From Selaginella moellendorffii (lineage: Eukaryota; Plantae; Lycopodiophyta): DNA of 64,000 nt. Location: positions 269,102 through 333,101 of the forward strand of contig NW_003314285.1 of the NCBI RefSeq assembly GCF_000143415.4, given 5' to 3'. Position 1 is the stretch's first letter. Every line of letters starts with the position of its first letter. Of this stretch, positions 38,729 to 52,069 are shown one piece after another. Made by a program: the position numbers and the translations under genes. A model generated the notes under the pieces. The model worked only from the letters and a program-made list of their open reading frames with translations, ran no database searches and was not told the DNA's origin.

Positions 38729-41700
38729 TCAGCTACTATTGATGTGCTCCAGCTCGCTTTCGTCCTGCGCTTCCAAACTGTTCTGTTGGCTCCAGAGCTG
38801 AGCATACCGCCCATTGTTACTCACTAGTGTCTCGTGTGATCCTCGCTCCACCACCTTGCCACTCTCCAAGACAATAATCTGATCACACAAAGTGTGAAGC
38901 TCTTGCAAAGCTTCTAAGCAGAAGATAAACATCTACCTCGTCGCAGTTCATTGCTGTTGTGAGACGGTGAGCGATGAATATGGCAGTCCTGTCAGCCGCG
39001 AGCGACTTGAGAGACGATAGAATTTCTGCCTCGGTTGTGGAATCCAGAGAGCTCGTTGCTTCATCACACAACCTGATAAAAAAAACGCTTCATGAAACGG
39101 TCACAGGAACAACACAACTGGCTTACAAGATTGGCGCGGATTTGAGGAATGCTCTTGCCAACGCTACTCTTTGCTTCTCTCCTCCACTCAGCTGCAAAGC
39201 GAGAGACGCGTAAATTGACGGAAGTAAAGAGCTTTGAATACCTTCAGCCCCCTCTCGCCAACCATGGTTTCATATTGCTTTGGGAACTTGAGAATTGACT
39301 CATGAATGGCAGCTTGTTTAGCGGCTTCATATACCTGTTCGTCAAGTTAAGTACCGCACGGACAAAGAAAGGGCTTACCTCTTCCTCAGTTGCTGATAGC
39401 CGACCATACTGAATGTTGTAGAAGATAGTATCATTGAAAAGAACCTGAGGGACGATGCCAAATCCATAAGTGAAATGCAAATTAGTTAGGGAACAGTTCA
39501 CCGTGTCTTGCGGTACTACTCCAATAGAAGATCGCAGGCTTTCCAGCGTCACATCTTTGATATCCTGATCGCCAATCTTCACCTGTAATCCAGATCCTTG
39601 AGCACTACGTTCACTTTCCAGCAAACAAGCTTACCGTTCCAGAGTTGCAGTCGTAAAACCTATAAAGAACTCTCAAAATGGTCGACTTCCCTGTACTTGT
39701 CGGTTAACACAGACACAGCATAAACGTAGCTTACCGCTTCCACTAGACCCGACAATAGCAAGACTCTTTCCTCCGGGAACTTCGAAAGACAATCCGTTCA
39801 AAATCTGTCTGTCTGGTCCATATCTGCAACGAATGCGCTACTTAGAGACTGGCAGTAATCCCCAAAATGGTCTTACCCAAAGTGAACATTATCGAACTTT
39901 ATGCTTCTTTGGTGTGATGCCAATGATTTCGCATTGGGATTATCAGCAATGTCCGGCTTTACCTGAATATATCGATCAATATCAAGCTAAGAAATATCCA
40001 CGGAACCATTTACCTCAAGAAGTTTAAACATTTCATGCATGTCAATAAGGCTCTGTCGCGTTTCACGATAGACAGTACCCAGAAAATTAAGGGGCAGAGA
40101 CAACTGAAAGAGCAAACCATTGACCATAACCTGCACAAAAAGAAAGGATGACAAAAAAAAAAAAAACACCAAAACATAACACCAGAAAACGGAAAACGAT
40201 TGTACTTACAAGATCCCCAATGGTTATTGATCCTTTCAAAATCCCGTCAATGCACATGATCATTGCTGCAGACAATGCGGCGCTGAAGATCACATTCTGG
40301 CCGAAGTTTAGAGCAGCCAAGCTGCTTTGAGTCTTCAATGCAGCATGCTCGTATTCTGCATATAAGAAATCTTAAAACCATACCGAAAAAGAAAAACTCG
40401 ACGTACTCTGTATATGTTCATCGTATTTATCCACTTCATGCTTCTCATTGTTGAAGTATTTCACAGTCTAGCATGTGAACAAAACTGGTCAGCAGATCCG
40501 TCAAATCGAGCTTGCATACCTCATAGTTAATCAACGAATCAATCGCTCGGGTACCAGCAGCATTCTCGGCCTTATTCATTTCTTTTCTGAATTTTGTTCG
40601 CCACTAGAATTTGAAAGCATTAGAAGTACGTCCAAATCGCTGAATTCGGCAATACCTGTGTCACAATCAGTGTAAATGCCGTATAGGCTCCAACGGTAAC
40701 AGTAGTCACGATTGCAAACGAGCTTCCAAATTTGTAAGCCAGAATGCCTGCAACCATTGAAATCTGACAGCGGGTGCTGAGCTAGAACATCGTTTTCACA
40801 ATGAAACGTACCTCCAGAAAAGTGGGCACCACGTTAAACACCATCGATGAGAGGATGAAATTTATGGCTCTTGTGCCTCGATCAATAATTCGATGTAACG
40901 CTCCAGTCTGTCGGCTTAGGTGGAAGTTAAGGTCCAGGTTGTGAAGATGAAGGAACACCTGTAGACAACATAAACTCAACAATCAGCTACATTACAATAG
41001 CAGACATGCCTGGCGAGACACATTCCGTATCGCTCCCTGAGCAACTTTAGCAAAGACTGTATTACGAAGCTCTGCACCAAAGAAATTTCAATACATCAGT
41101 GTCATAGCATATTCAGCGAAACTTTGAGTACTTACCGTTACATGCAGATGCTCCTGCTCGAGCAAGACCATAACCGATAAGCACAGAGACTGGAGCAGCA
41201 TAAGCCGCAGAAGCCAGAGTCACTTCTTGTGACACTCCCGTTGCAGCAGCCAAACCATCCACCGCATGCTTGAACAGAAATGGAACTTGTACGTTCAGAA
41301 CCTGCACATACGCATAGATGAGAGGTGACATAGGAAGAACGAAAAATGATACTTGCCTTGCCACCAATTAAAAGAGCCAGCGAGACGACGACTCTCCTGC
41401 GAAACTCTAAGTTCCCAGATGGCCAGATGTAAGCCGAGAGCGATCGCAAGATCTTTATGTCAGCAGCATTCTCTTCCACGAGAACATTAGCAGTGGCCGG
41501 AGTAGCAGCAGCTTTCGTGCTTTGCGTGGAAGCGTCGGTTTTCTTCTCGATCTCAGTCGCGTAAGTGGCGACGAAAGCTTGGCTTGCGGCTGGAGCACAA
41601 GAAATTCGGTATCCATCTCGCCTTATGTCTCCGGCCTGTCAAAACTGCTCAGCAAAGTAAGATGATGAAACAAGAGAAACAAAAGGCGCACCAGACGTGA

Positions 41701-41844
41701 CGATCGAGCAGGCAGTCCAGAGAATAATCCGCCATGAGCATCAAAATGCCGGTTACAATGCTGAAAGCATTGCACGGCCCCTCGGTCCCAGATTATCCTG
41801 CCCGCGCTCTTCAAGCTCGCTCTCGATCTCAAGATGCTCATCAT
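38729..41844 (-). CDS. ATM3: Mitochondrial ABC half-transporter ABCB25/ATM3 (Atm1 ortholog), many exons
   Basis: Transit peptide [12 protein letters not shown]; [29 protein letters not shown]...[63 protein letters not shown]. Confidence 0.93.
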
Positions 41845-42120
41845 CCTCGCCTGTAAAACCTAGCCTAAACTAGCACCGGGAAGCGAAGCGATCGACCTGA
41901 TCGCGATTCCACTACATACGCACCTCTTGCAATCGTCCCGATCGATGCCGCCAGCTGGATTGATGCTGCGCGAGCTGGATCGATGGCAGCGCCCTGACCT
42001 GATTGCGAGCGAGCGCCGTCAAATCACTTGCAAGGGTTTTACATAGAAGAATTATTGGTCTGCCAACGTGGAAATACGTGGCGCGCAACTAGAAACGTGG
42101 AAGCTTTGCTGGCGGCCAGA

Positions 42121-43826
42121 TCAACCGTCCATGGAGAATACACACTTGATGCAAGAACCGGACGAGAGAAGCTTCACTCCTTCGTTTACTTCTGAGAATG
42201 GTAGCCTGTGAGTGATGTATCCGTCGAGATTGATTTCCTAGACGATCCACGAAAACTTAGAATCCTTCCAGCTTGATCAATCTAAACAAACCTTTGTGGA
42301 GCACATATCGACGAGCTTCCGCATGTCGGATTTGCCCCTGAATCCACCGAAGTATCCCGACTTGAGTTGGCGACCCGAGAGGAGAATCACGGGTGGGAAT
42401 GTCACCATCTCATCGGGCCTGGGAGCTCCAACCATGACCGTTGTTCCATACTAAACAATCCAGGAGGTAATAGTTAGCAAGCACACTGCTGGAAACTAGC
42501 AGAGCTTTTCACTCACGCCTGTGGTGCTTAGCAAAGCTTGTACCAACAGATTAGGCTTGCCGACGCATTCAAAGCAGTAGTCGACTCCTCCATTCGTGAG
42601 CTCGAGAAGCACCTGAGAGAGAGTGAGAGAACCATTAGAGCTCGGGTGATAAAGACGAGAGTTAGAACACACAACCTCATGAAGCGGCGCTTCGTGGTCC
42701 TGTGGATTTAGACACTCGGTCGCACCAAATGCTCTGGCTGCGCAGAAAAAACGCTTAGCACTTCCGTGTATTTGACGAGTAAAACACCAGCTGACCAGCT
42801 TCGAATTTTCGAGGTAAGATATCGATCCCAATTATCCGAGTTGCACCGGCGATTCGAGCGCCCTCGACAGCCTGAAAAGCAAATGATTTCTCTTCCAGAA
42901 CTTTAGGGAAAGCTATAGAGTACGTACTGCTAGCCCGACGGTTCCCAGTCCAATTACAGCAACAGTGGAGCCGGCTTCGACGTTTGCCAAGTTTAATGCG
43001 GATCCCAAGCCTGGAAACAACGATATCAGAGAAGGAATGCGCAAGCAAGGAGGAACGTACCGGTGGGAACTCCACAGCCCAGAAGACAAGCTTTCTCCAG
43101 TGGAACCGGATCAACTTTGACAACCGAGGTCTTGTCCAGCACCGTGTACTCCGTGAAGGTGGACGTGTTCACGAAGTGGTGAATGGCACTGCCGTCAAGC
43201 GAAGAGAACCGTGCCGTGCCATCGAGAGGCATGAAAGGCGTGAACAAGTTCCCGAAGCTGACCTCGCAGTGGTTCGTGGTGGAGAGCTTGCAGAGCTTGC
43301 ATTTCCCGCATTCCCCTTGGTAGACGCAAATGACATGGTCGCCGGGAGCAAACTCCGTCACTCCCTCGCCAACGCTCTCCACAACTCTGGTTGGATTGAG
43401 AAGATCACATAAAAAAAAAGCAAGAGTAAGAAACACACTCCTCAGATCAGGACAAAAGGGGGAATATGGCAGAAGAGAAATTCACTCTTTACCCAGATCC
43501 CTCGTGCCCAAGAATCACCGGATACTTGAGCGTGCCCTGTCAAACAAAAGGATTAACACGGAGCAAAGAGATTGGAAGAGTTTGAGCACAAACTTACCCA
43601 GTCTGCGATGGTGATGTCCGTGTGACACAGCGACGAGTAAAGGACTTGCATGCGAATCTCTCCAGATTTTGGCGGCTCCACATTGATCGTCTCCAGCTCA
43701 AACTCCGATCCAGCGCTGTGGAGAACAGCAGCTGGAGAGAAAGAAGAAAATCACGATCGACAGCCAAAACAAAGTCAAGCGAAGCATACCTCTGCATTGA
43801 ATTGCTCTCCCGACTGTAGACGCCAT
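42121..43826 (-). CDS. Zinc-dependent alcohol dehydrogenase (MDR, plant ADH-like), multi-exon
   Basis: SLCHTD, PVILGHEG, structural-Zn CGKCKLCKLSTTNHC, CLLGCGVPT, GARIAGATRIIGID, GGVDYCFECVG; ends CIKCVFSMDG*. Confidence 0.9.
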
Positions 43827-43974
43827 TGGGATCCGCGCAAGCAGCGCCGGCGACTACTTATACGAGAATTCTCCAGAATATACGCCATCGCTCGGTCGCG
43901 TGGACCCAAGACCGAAACCCTAGCTGCTAGCCATTAAAAGACGAAATTTTAGGGTTCTTGAACTGGAAAGCCCT

Positions 43975-44170
43975 TGTCCCCGCGATCACTCGGCACACCA
44001 GCATCGCGTGGAGATCATCCGCCCCATCCTCGTCCGATAGATCCACTCCAATCGCTCGTTTGTTTGGAGCCAATCGTGTGAGCCAGCGATGATCTCGACG
44101 ATGTTCTTGGACGAGTCCCTGCGGCCTAGCTCCGTCACTGCAGCGACATGGAGCACACCACAATGGTCCA
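43975..44170 (-). pseudogene. Collapsed fragment of a plant C2H2/ADP-ribosylation-like domain gene
   Basis: Two family motifs, AVTELGRRDSSKNIVEII and AMLVCRVIAG, in different frames and only ~70 bp apart. Confidence 0.6.
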
Positions 44171-44320
44171 GCAGGACACCAATACTCTTAGATAATGATA
44201 AGCTCCTTTTCCTAGTTAGATCTGTTTGGTTTGTTCTTCATTTTCTCATGGTATCCCCGATAACTGCTAAGGGTTTTTTTTTGCCTGAATAAAAGCTCGA
44301 TCTTTATTTGGATTGAAATT

Positions 44321-45193
44321 CTATGGCTCGCAAAGATTTACAGCAGAAAGATTTCGAGACTCAAGTTCAAGTGCTCCACGCTCTTGCTCTATCTGCTCAG
44401 AAGCTTGACGCTCATGCTCGATCATACGAAATATATACTGCTGCAGCCAAAACAGATCAAACTCAACGTAGTAGTCACCCTTCACATGAGCAGTGAAAGA
44501 CGACACTGGAAACTTCACCACAAAGCGCTCTCGGTTCTGCTCATTGCAAAACTCGGGACCAAACTGGATCTCCATGGCATCCTTCCCGCTCTCCCTGGCT
44601 ACAAACGTAAACTCGTCACCAGGTCGCGCAATCTTCACCCCGATCGCCACCAAGCAGCCCGACTCCACCCACAGATCCAAAACCTCCCTTAAAACTTCCA
44701 GTGGCTCGTTCTTGTAGGCCACCTCCAACACCGCCCGCGCTGGCTGCGCGAGCGACGACCCGGAGAAGAAGCAAGCGTCCGGCTCCTTGTTGCCGGTGAT
44801 GGTCCGGAGGCGAGACGCTCCAGTGCCCGTGATCACTTTTGTAAGAGAGGCTAGCCCAATACCCGGGATCTGGATGATGCAAAAGATGATGGAGCGCTCT
44901 AGCGCAGATGACACGGTGCTGTGGACTATTGACGGATCCCCATAGGCCAAAACCTCACCCCTCCTGTACTCTAGCCTCCAACTCGAGTCGCAGGCGTCGT
45001 ACACACCCCATGGGACATTTGTGGCCACGACAAATCGTCCCGGCTGCCCTCTGCTGTAGGCGGCAACCGCTTGCTTCAATCCGGCTTCCAAAGCGTCCAT
45101 ACAAATTGCTTGCCCAAACTCCCTAAATATCCAGTAAGATCTCATGTCCTTTTTCTCCTCACTGCAAGATTGATCAAAAGTGAGTTTCATCAT
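44321..45193 (-). CDS. Intronless ORF, putative Uma2/DUF820-like PD-(D/E)XK nuclease-fold protein
   Basis: RLEYRRGEV...PSIVHS, KEPDACF, PARAVLEVAY, LREVLDLWVESGCLVAIGVKI. First in-frame ATG is at 45193; the true start is uncertain. Confidence 0.6.
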   Translation of the reverse strand: MMKLTFDQSCSEEKKDMRSYWIFREFGQAICMDALEAGLKQAVAAYSRGQPGRFVVATNVPWGVYDACDSSWRLEYRRGEVLAYGDPSIVHSTVSSALERSIIFCIIQIPGIGLASLTKVITGTGASRLRTITGNKEPDACFFSGSSLAQPARAVLEVAYKNEPLEVLREVLDLWVESGCLVAIGVKIARPGDEFTFVARESGKDAMEIQFGPEFCNEQNRERFVVKFPVSSFTAHVKGDYYVEFDLFWLQQYIFRMIEHERQASEQIEQERGALELESRNLSAVNLCEP

Positions 45194-45885
45194 GTGTAAA
45201 GATGTGGATCCGGGGGAGTTCTCGAAATGGTCCAAGGACGGTTAACTGGTGCTGATCATCACGCGCTGAACAGATCTGCGGACAGGTTATCCAAATGGTT
45301 GGGATGGAACAAGGTTCACAGGCGTTCATAAGGGGTGGGACATCAACTTGACGGGCAAAAAAGAGCCGCATGCTTGCTACTGGAGCGGTAGTGCTTCTGG
45401 GAACAACCTCCGGCCATTATAGAAACCACATGTAGTGAGTCTATGAGCAAGCTCTCTAAAGACTTGCTTCTCTGGCACGTCACTGATACAAACAAAAGCG
45501 GGACATGCTGTTCATGTGGAGGTCACTTGGAGCATGAGATTCCATAACCGAGTCTTGTCAAAGTTCCACACATTCCTGCTCTAGGGACTTGCTGGAGGAC
45601 TCAGAGTTTTACATTAGGCCTCTTTGAACTTCAACGACGTCTCTTGTGTACGCTTGATCAGCACCTGTGTAGACCTCAAGTCTCCACTTGTGGATGCAGC
45701 TCTATACCTAATCACATGCTGCTACCCGGATTGTGACATTAGTAGTTCCATGCCTTGGCATTGAATCAAAGCTAACCAATCATGTTGCTAGATTTAGCCT
45801 CAAAAGGATGTTCAAGGCTTTGGAAGAATGAAAAGAGAGAGAAAGACAAGAATTTCAATATATGTAAAGGTGGTTCTTGATTTGG

Positions 45886-46248
45886 TGTTGTAGTTTAACA
45901 TTAGAAAGGCATTGTTAATTGCCATGACAATTCATTAGTTGACCTTTACTCCTCATCTAATAGCCCATGAGCAAGGTGCACCTTTAATGAAGATTGAAGT
46001 CAATGATTTTTTCTGTTTTTTCTTTGATCTCATCATTATTATTTATTTTCTCTCAGAAATGAGAATAAATAATAATGATGAGATCAAAGAAAAATCAGAA
46101 GAAATCATTTGTCAAATGTTTGCCGTGACAATTAATTACAAAAACATTAGTTGACCTTTACTCCTCATAATAGTCCTAATTTTGGAGAACCAGTAATGAA
46201 GATTGGAGTCACCCATTGACAATGCTTTTCTAATGTTGAACCACAACA
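45886..46248. repeat. Nested inverted/direct repeat (foldback) with a central ~50-bp-arm hairpin
   Basis: 46001-46052 pairs with 46061-46111; 45886-45918 pairs with 46215-46248; direct repeat CATTAGTTGACCTTTACTCCTCAT at ~45933 and ~46145. Confidence 0.8.
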
Positions 46249-47007
46249 TTTATAATATTTTTGCAACAATTAGCATCCTTTATATAAACAACATCTTAAT
46301 TGTTGTAAATATAACAACAAATATTTTGCAACAATTAACATCCTTTATAATATTTTTGTTGACCATAATACCTTTTTTTTATATAAAGTGTTAACTCAAA
46401 AAATATGTATAGATATAAATATGCTTTTTGATTTACAGAAACCAAGACGTTTTTGATAAATATTGATGTGGCATATTAGGATATCCAGATATTAATATAG
46501 TGCTATATACATTACACATACTTATTAAGTGGAAATTGTTATTTGTATATTGTGAACATCAGTGGTAATTTCTAATCATATTATGAAGTAGCATAATTTC
46601 CAGCAACAAAAGTGATATGTGCCTGTTACGTTGGCATGGAGAGCTTGTTGGACGTAAGCACCAAATGCTATTATTATTGTAATTTTTTTCTAAAATTCTA
46701 CCCAGTTCACCTCTTATAGTAGCTCCTTCCTTTGTACTATTTGCAATATTCTTAGACAAAAGAATTTTCAATTGTTCAATAAATCAAAATATTTATTGTA
46801 GTAATTGTTTTTGTCCCATCCTCATTTATTAGTTTTGCTTGACCATCTTGCCCTTTACTTGCAAGTATGCCATTTGGAATAGCTGCAACCATACTATTAA
46901 TTGCATTAAAAAGTAAATGAGTAGATTCCAAAGATAATACATACATAAAGAAGTAACTTTAGACTAGAATTAATATAAAATATAATACTTCATTTAGATA
47001 TTTTTTT

Positions 47008-50000
47008 TGTGAGTGCATGGAATATGGAAAGGGAATACAGAAAATATGCATATCAATTAACCCAAAAACCCTAGTTTATATATAGAAGCGAGTGGTCTGA
47101 ATTGAAACCAATCCGATGGCTACCAAAATCCCACTACGCTAATATTAGTATACGGCATTGTAGCCGTACACTTGGCCTTACATCATCCCCTCCTTTCGGA
47201 ATAATGGAAGACCATCAAGGTTCTCTTGTAAATGGGCCGGGATCAAGAGGAACGTCAGGAGGAGGCATCGGCAGATCTGTAGGTGGTATTAATTGCTCTT
47301 GATCCCTTGGTATGAAGCGTTTCAACTGCTGCATATGCACAATCTTTGGAGGATTGGCTTGCTAGATGTCATACCGGACCTCATAAACTTGTGGTCCAAC
47401 TTGCCACAACACCTGATATGGTCCTTTCCACTAAGCAAGAAGCCCTTTATATAAACCATATACTGTAAGATGGGGAAAACAAACTAATACCAAGTCATCC
47501 ATTTTGTACTTTGCAGGTGGACGATAATAGGAGTTGTAGCGCTGTTGTTGTCCCACTTGTACGTGGTCTAAGTGTTTGGCAGACTCCGCTCGAACTAGTG
47601 GAAGAATGCTTGTCAAATACTGATCCCACGACCTAGCATCGGCAGCTCGTGGCAATTGCGAAGGTAAACCTAGCTCCATTGGTAATATTGGATCATAACC
47701 ATATAAAAGTTTATATGGTGAAGCACTAACAAAACTCTGCACCCTTGTCACATATGTATACCAAAGAGACGATAAATAACCATCCCAATCCAAATGCTGA
47801 AAGTTCATGTACTTCGCGATCATCCTTTTGAACGTCTAAACGAGTCGTTCTACCAAACCATCTAATTGTGGATGATAATCACTCATGAAAGTGTGGCATA
47901 TCCCTAACCGAGATGTCAAAACATGAAATACCTCAGCCATAAATGTGGGACCATTGTCCGAAAGAATCCACTCTAGATAGGAATGTTGAAACACTACTCA
48001 ATTGAAGAGGAAGTATTCAACAGCAATTGCAAAGGCGCTAACAAGAGTACTAACTTCCACTCAACGAATCAAGTAGTCAGAAGTAATAATAACATACTCA
48101 TTGCTAGAAGTCGATCGTGAAAAAGGTCCTATAAGATCAAACACCACCAACTCAAACAGACGGAAAACTACAATTGACTCCAACCGTCCTTCCGCAGCAT
48201 GAGGGGGAGTATTACGAGCTTGGCACCAAATGCAGTTATGCACATACTGGATAACATCATGTTGCATCTCCGGCCAATAGAAAAACCTGCATAGCTTCTC
48301 GGTCACATGATGATGTCCCATATGCCCACCTAAAATAGGAGAATCATGGTAAGCATGGAGAAACCGTGGAATAAAGATAGAAGGCACCATCAGCCGTAAA
48401 GGATCATTAGGATCTGTCCCCACAAAATAAAGAAGGCCATCTTCAACGCGATATTGAGAATGTAAATGCCAGAATGGCAAGTCATCAACAAGTGATGCAA
48501 GATTCTCAAACCCATCTCGAAACCTTCGAATCCATGGCTCAAGCTTTTGAGCCTCGTGAACCTCGTCAAGAGAAGGTAGATCCTGCTCTGCACCTTATGG
48601 ACACTAAACATTAAGTATAGCAACCATCAATGGCATAGAATCCTTGTCTAGAAAGTTTACAAATGCCAGAATAACAGACTCATTAGAAATATGAGAAGAA
48701 AATGGAGAAGGAAGAGGAGCTTGAGAAAGGGCATTAGCATTACCCATAGAACTCCTAGGGCGATGAACAATATCAAAATCATATATTTGAAGCTTCAAAG
48801 CCCACTGAGCAGTACGACAAACTAGGTTCTTTCACTTCAATAATGAAGTAATGGCAGCATGGTCACCTTAAGTAACATTTGAGAACCATGTAGATATGTA
48901 TGAAGTTTTTCAAAACCCCAGACTACTGCTAAACACTCCTTCTTAGTCGTTGAATAATTCACCTCTCCTGGTTGTAATGTACAGTTTATATATGCAATGG
49001 GATGGCGCTGACCAAGCACGCTCGGGCTCTCTTGCATCAACACACCTCCAAAACCAATATCAAAAGCATCCACACGCAAAATAAAAAATCAAGTGTAGTT
49101 AGGATATGCTAAAATCGGAGGGGTTGTCAAGAGCTCTTTAAGATCCACAAATGCCCGTTCACAATCTAGAGACTAGATGAAAGATGACGTTGATGACTTC
49201 AGCAATGCTTGCAACGGTGTAGTGCAATCAGAAAGATGATCCACAAAACGACCGAGATATTGCACCTTGCCTAGAAAGCGCTGCACATCATTCACACACT
49301 TCGGAACTTTAGAATAGCTGTAAGTTTGTCAGGATCAACTTGCAAACCCTCATGAGAAATACGATACCTAAGATAAGTTGTGTCCTTGGACCCAAACACG
49401 CACTTCGACCACTTCAGCTTTAAACTAACGTCCCGTAGCTGATCCAACACTTTACAAAAATCACGAATGTGCTCCTCCCACGTCCCCTTCGAGTGGATCA
49501 AGACATCATCAATGAAGTCAGTAGTCACTTCTGCCATATCGCAAAGAACTTTGTCCATCATCCGTTAGAAAGTTGTTGGAACACTGTTCAAACCAAACGG
49601 TATCACCAAAAACTCATACAAACCAAATGGTGTACGAAAAGTAGTCTTAGGAATATCTTCTTCGGCCATCTGTACTTGCCAGTACCCAGAAGCAAGATCT
49701 AGCTTGGTGAACCAACGACTTCACCCTAGACGATCTGAGAGATTAGTAATGTGAGGATGAGGGTACACATTCGGGATTGTCACTTTGTTTAATGGATGAT
49801 AGTTGATGTAGAAACGAATACTCCCATCAGACTTTATCACAAGATGAGGTTCACATGCTTAAGGACTCCGTGACTTCTGAATAACACCCTTCTCCAACAT
49901 CTCCTTGACGTTTGCATATAAAATCTTGATTTCTTTGGGTGATCGATGATGAACAGGAACCTTGATTGGACAAGCATCCCTGGTTGGAATCGAATGATGT

Positions 50001-50766
50001 GTGGCAATCTTAGCCCTAGACGATAAATCAAATTCAAAGAGATCAAAATACTCCTTCATGAGCTAGGCCACTGTTGCAGCACAAAGATTGTCGGAGGGAT
50101 CGGAAAAGGGAAGAGTAGAACAAGATGGAAACATAGGAGGAAATAGTGGGGGGACAAAAGTAATGGAAGCAGAGGTAGAAGTAAAGAGACAAAAATGTAC
50201 GAAAGTGAGAGGAATGGATGAAATATAAGGAAGTATGAGACAAGGGGAGAAGCCTTAAAGTTACACTTGGCATGATTGCATTGCAACCAATCCATATTAA
50301 GGATGAGGTCAGAAGCTTGACTCGGCACCACTTGAAATGATTGCTACCCAAGCTTGAAATCACCCATACGCACAACCAGGTTTGCCTCATCTCGTGCACA
50401 TGTATATATACGGCCGTTGCCATAAAGAATGAAAATTAGTTCCGCTGCACGACACAACTATAGACGGCAACGTGTGGCAACAGGTCAAGCAATAGAAGAT
50501 AAACTTGAATCTGTATCAACCAACATGGAGAGAATAATAGTAAACCTCTTGTTATAAAAACGAGCTTGGAAAGTAAACACTGCATGAACTGGTGCTGAGT
50601 GAACCCCTTGATGATACTCCCGAAAGAAAGATGGAAGGGTCACTAACTTATTTGTGCAAGATCCCTCTGTTACTCGCGGGACTCCTCGTTTCCCGGATGC
50701 ATCTTGGTGTCCAGAACTTCCACTACAACAACACTAATAGGACGTTGTGATGCCAAGATCTCCACC
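47008..50766 (-). mobile_element. Degenerate Ty3/gypsy copy (3' LTR 47008-47182; pol with stops), runs into the gap
   Basis: LTR and PR/RT/RH/INT fragments colinear with 58066-61830; many stops and frameshifts. Confidence 0.93.
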
Positions 50767-51530
50767 NNNNNNNNNNNNNNNNNNNNNNNNNNNNNNNNNN
50801 NNNNNNNNNNNNNNNNNNNNNNNNNNNNNNNNNNNNNNNNNNNNNNNNNNNNNNNNNNNNNNNNNNNNNNNNNNNNNNNNNNNNNNNNNNNNNNNNNNNN
50901 NNNNNNNNNNNNNNNNNNNNNNNNNNNNNNNNNNNNNNNNNNNNNNNNNNNNNNNNNNNNNNNNNNNNNNNNNNNNNNNNNNNNNNNNNNNNNNNNNNNN
51001 NNNNNNNNNNNNNNNNNNNNNNNNNNNNNNNNNNNNNNNNNNNNNNNNNNNNNNNNNNNNNNNNNNNNNNNNNNNNNNNNNNNNNNNNNNNNNNNNNNNN
51101 NNNNNNNNNNNNNNNNNNNNNNNNNNNNNNNNNNNNNNNNNNNNNNNNNNNNNNNNNNNNNNNNNNNNNNNNNNNNNNNNNNNNNNNNNNNNNNNNNNNN
51201 NNNNNNNNNNNNNNNNNNNNNNNNNNNNNNNNNNNNNNNNNNNNNNNNNNNNNNNNNNNNNNNNNNNNNNNNNNNNNNNNNNNNNNNNNNNNNNNNNNNN
51301 NNNNNNNNNNNNNNNNNNNNNNNNNNNNNNNNNNNNNNNNNNNNNNNNNNNNNNNNNNNNNNNNNNNNNNNNNNNNNNNNNNNNNNNNNNNNNNNNNNNN
51401 NNNNNNNNNNNNNNNNNNNNNNNNNNNNNNNNNNNNNNNNNNNNNNNNNNNNNNNNNNNNNNNNNNNNNNNNNNNNNNNNNNNNNNNNNNNNNNNNNNNN
51501 NNNNNNNNNNNNNNNNNNNNNNNNNNNNNN
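50767..51530. other. Assembly gap (N run)
   Basis: 764 N. Confidence 1.
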
Positions 51531-51540
51531 ACACACACAC

Positions 51541-51576
<36 letters not shown>

Positions 51577-51586
51577 ATTTACAAGC

Positions 51587-51762
51587 TGTGAGGTCCAAGT
51601 GTATGGTTACAATGCTGTATACTAATATTAGCATAGTGGGATTATGGTAGCCGTTGGATTGGTTTCAATCCGGACCACTCGATCTTGTATATAAACTAGG
51701 GTTTTTGGGCTAATTGATATGCACATTTTCCGTATTCCCTTCCTATATTCCAAGCACTCACA
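51587..51762 (+). mobile_element. Solo LTR of the same gypsy family, with a 4-bp TSD (AAGC)
   Basis: TGTGAGG...CACTCACA flanked by AAGC at 51583-86 and 51763-66. Confidence 0.88.
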
Positions 51763-52069
51763 AAGCTTATTTACCATTTATTATAATAAAATATAATTTA
51801 TTATTAAATATATAATAAATATATTTTTAAGTCTCTATTAAACTTCCTAAATATACAACATTATAGCCCACTATGCTAATATTAATATACAGCATCATAG
51901 CTATACACTTAAACATAAAAATGTAATTAATTAATTCAAAGTAATAATCAAAGATAAATTATTGCTTAAATTTATATACTAATTAAATAATTATTAATTA
52001 TTTAATCAAAATTATATATATATATATCTGTGTGTGTGTGTGTGTGTGTGTGCATAAGTTAATTTTTAT

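Noticed and set aside
50670-51634. Long poly-X ORFs
   Set aside because: Artefacts of the N gap.
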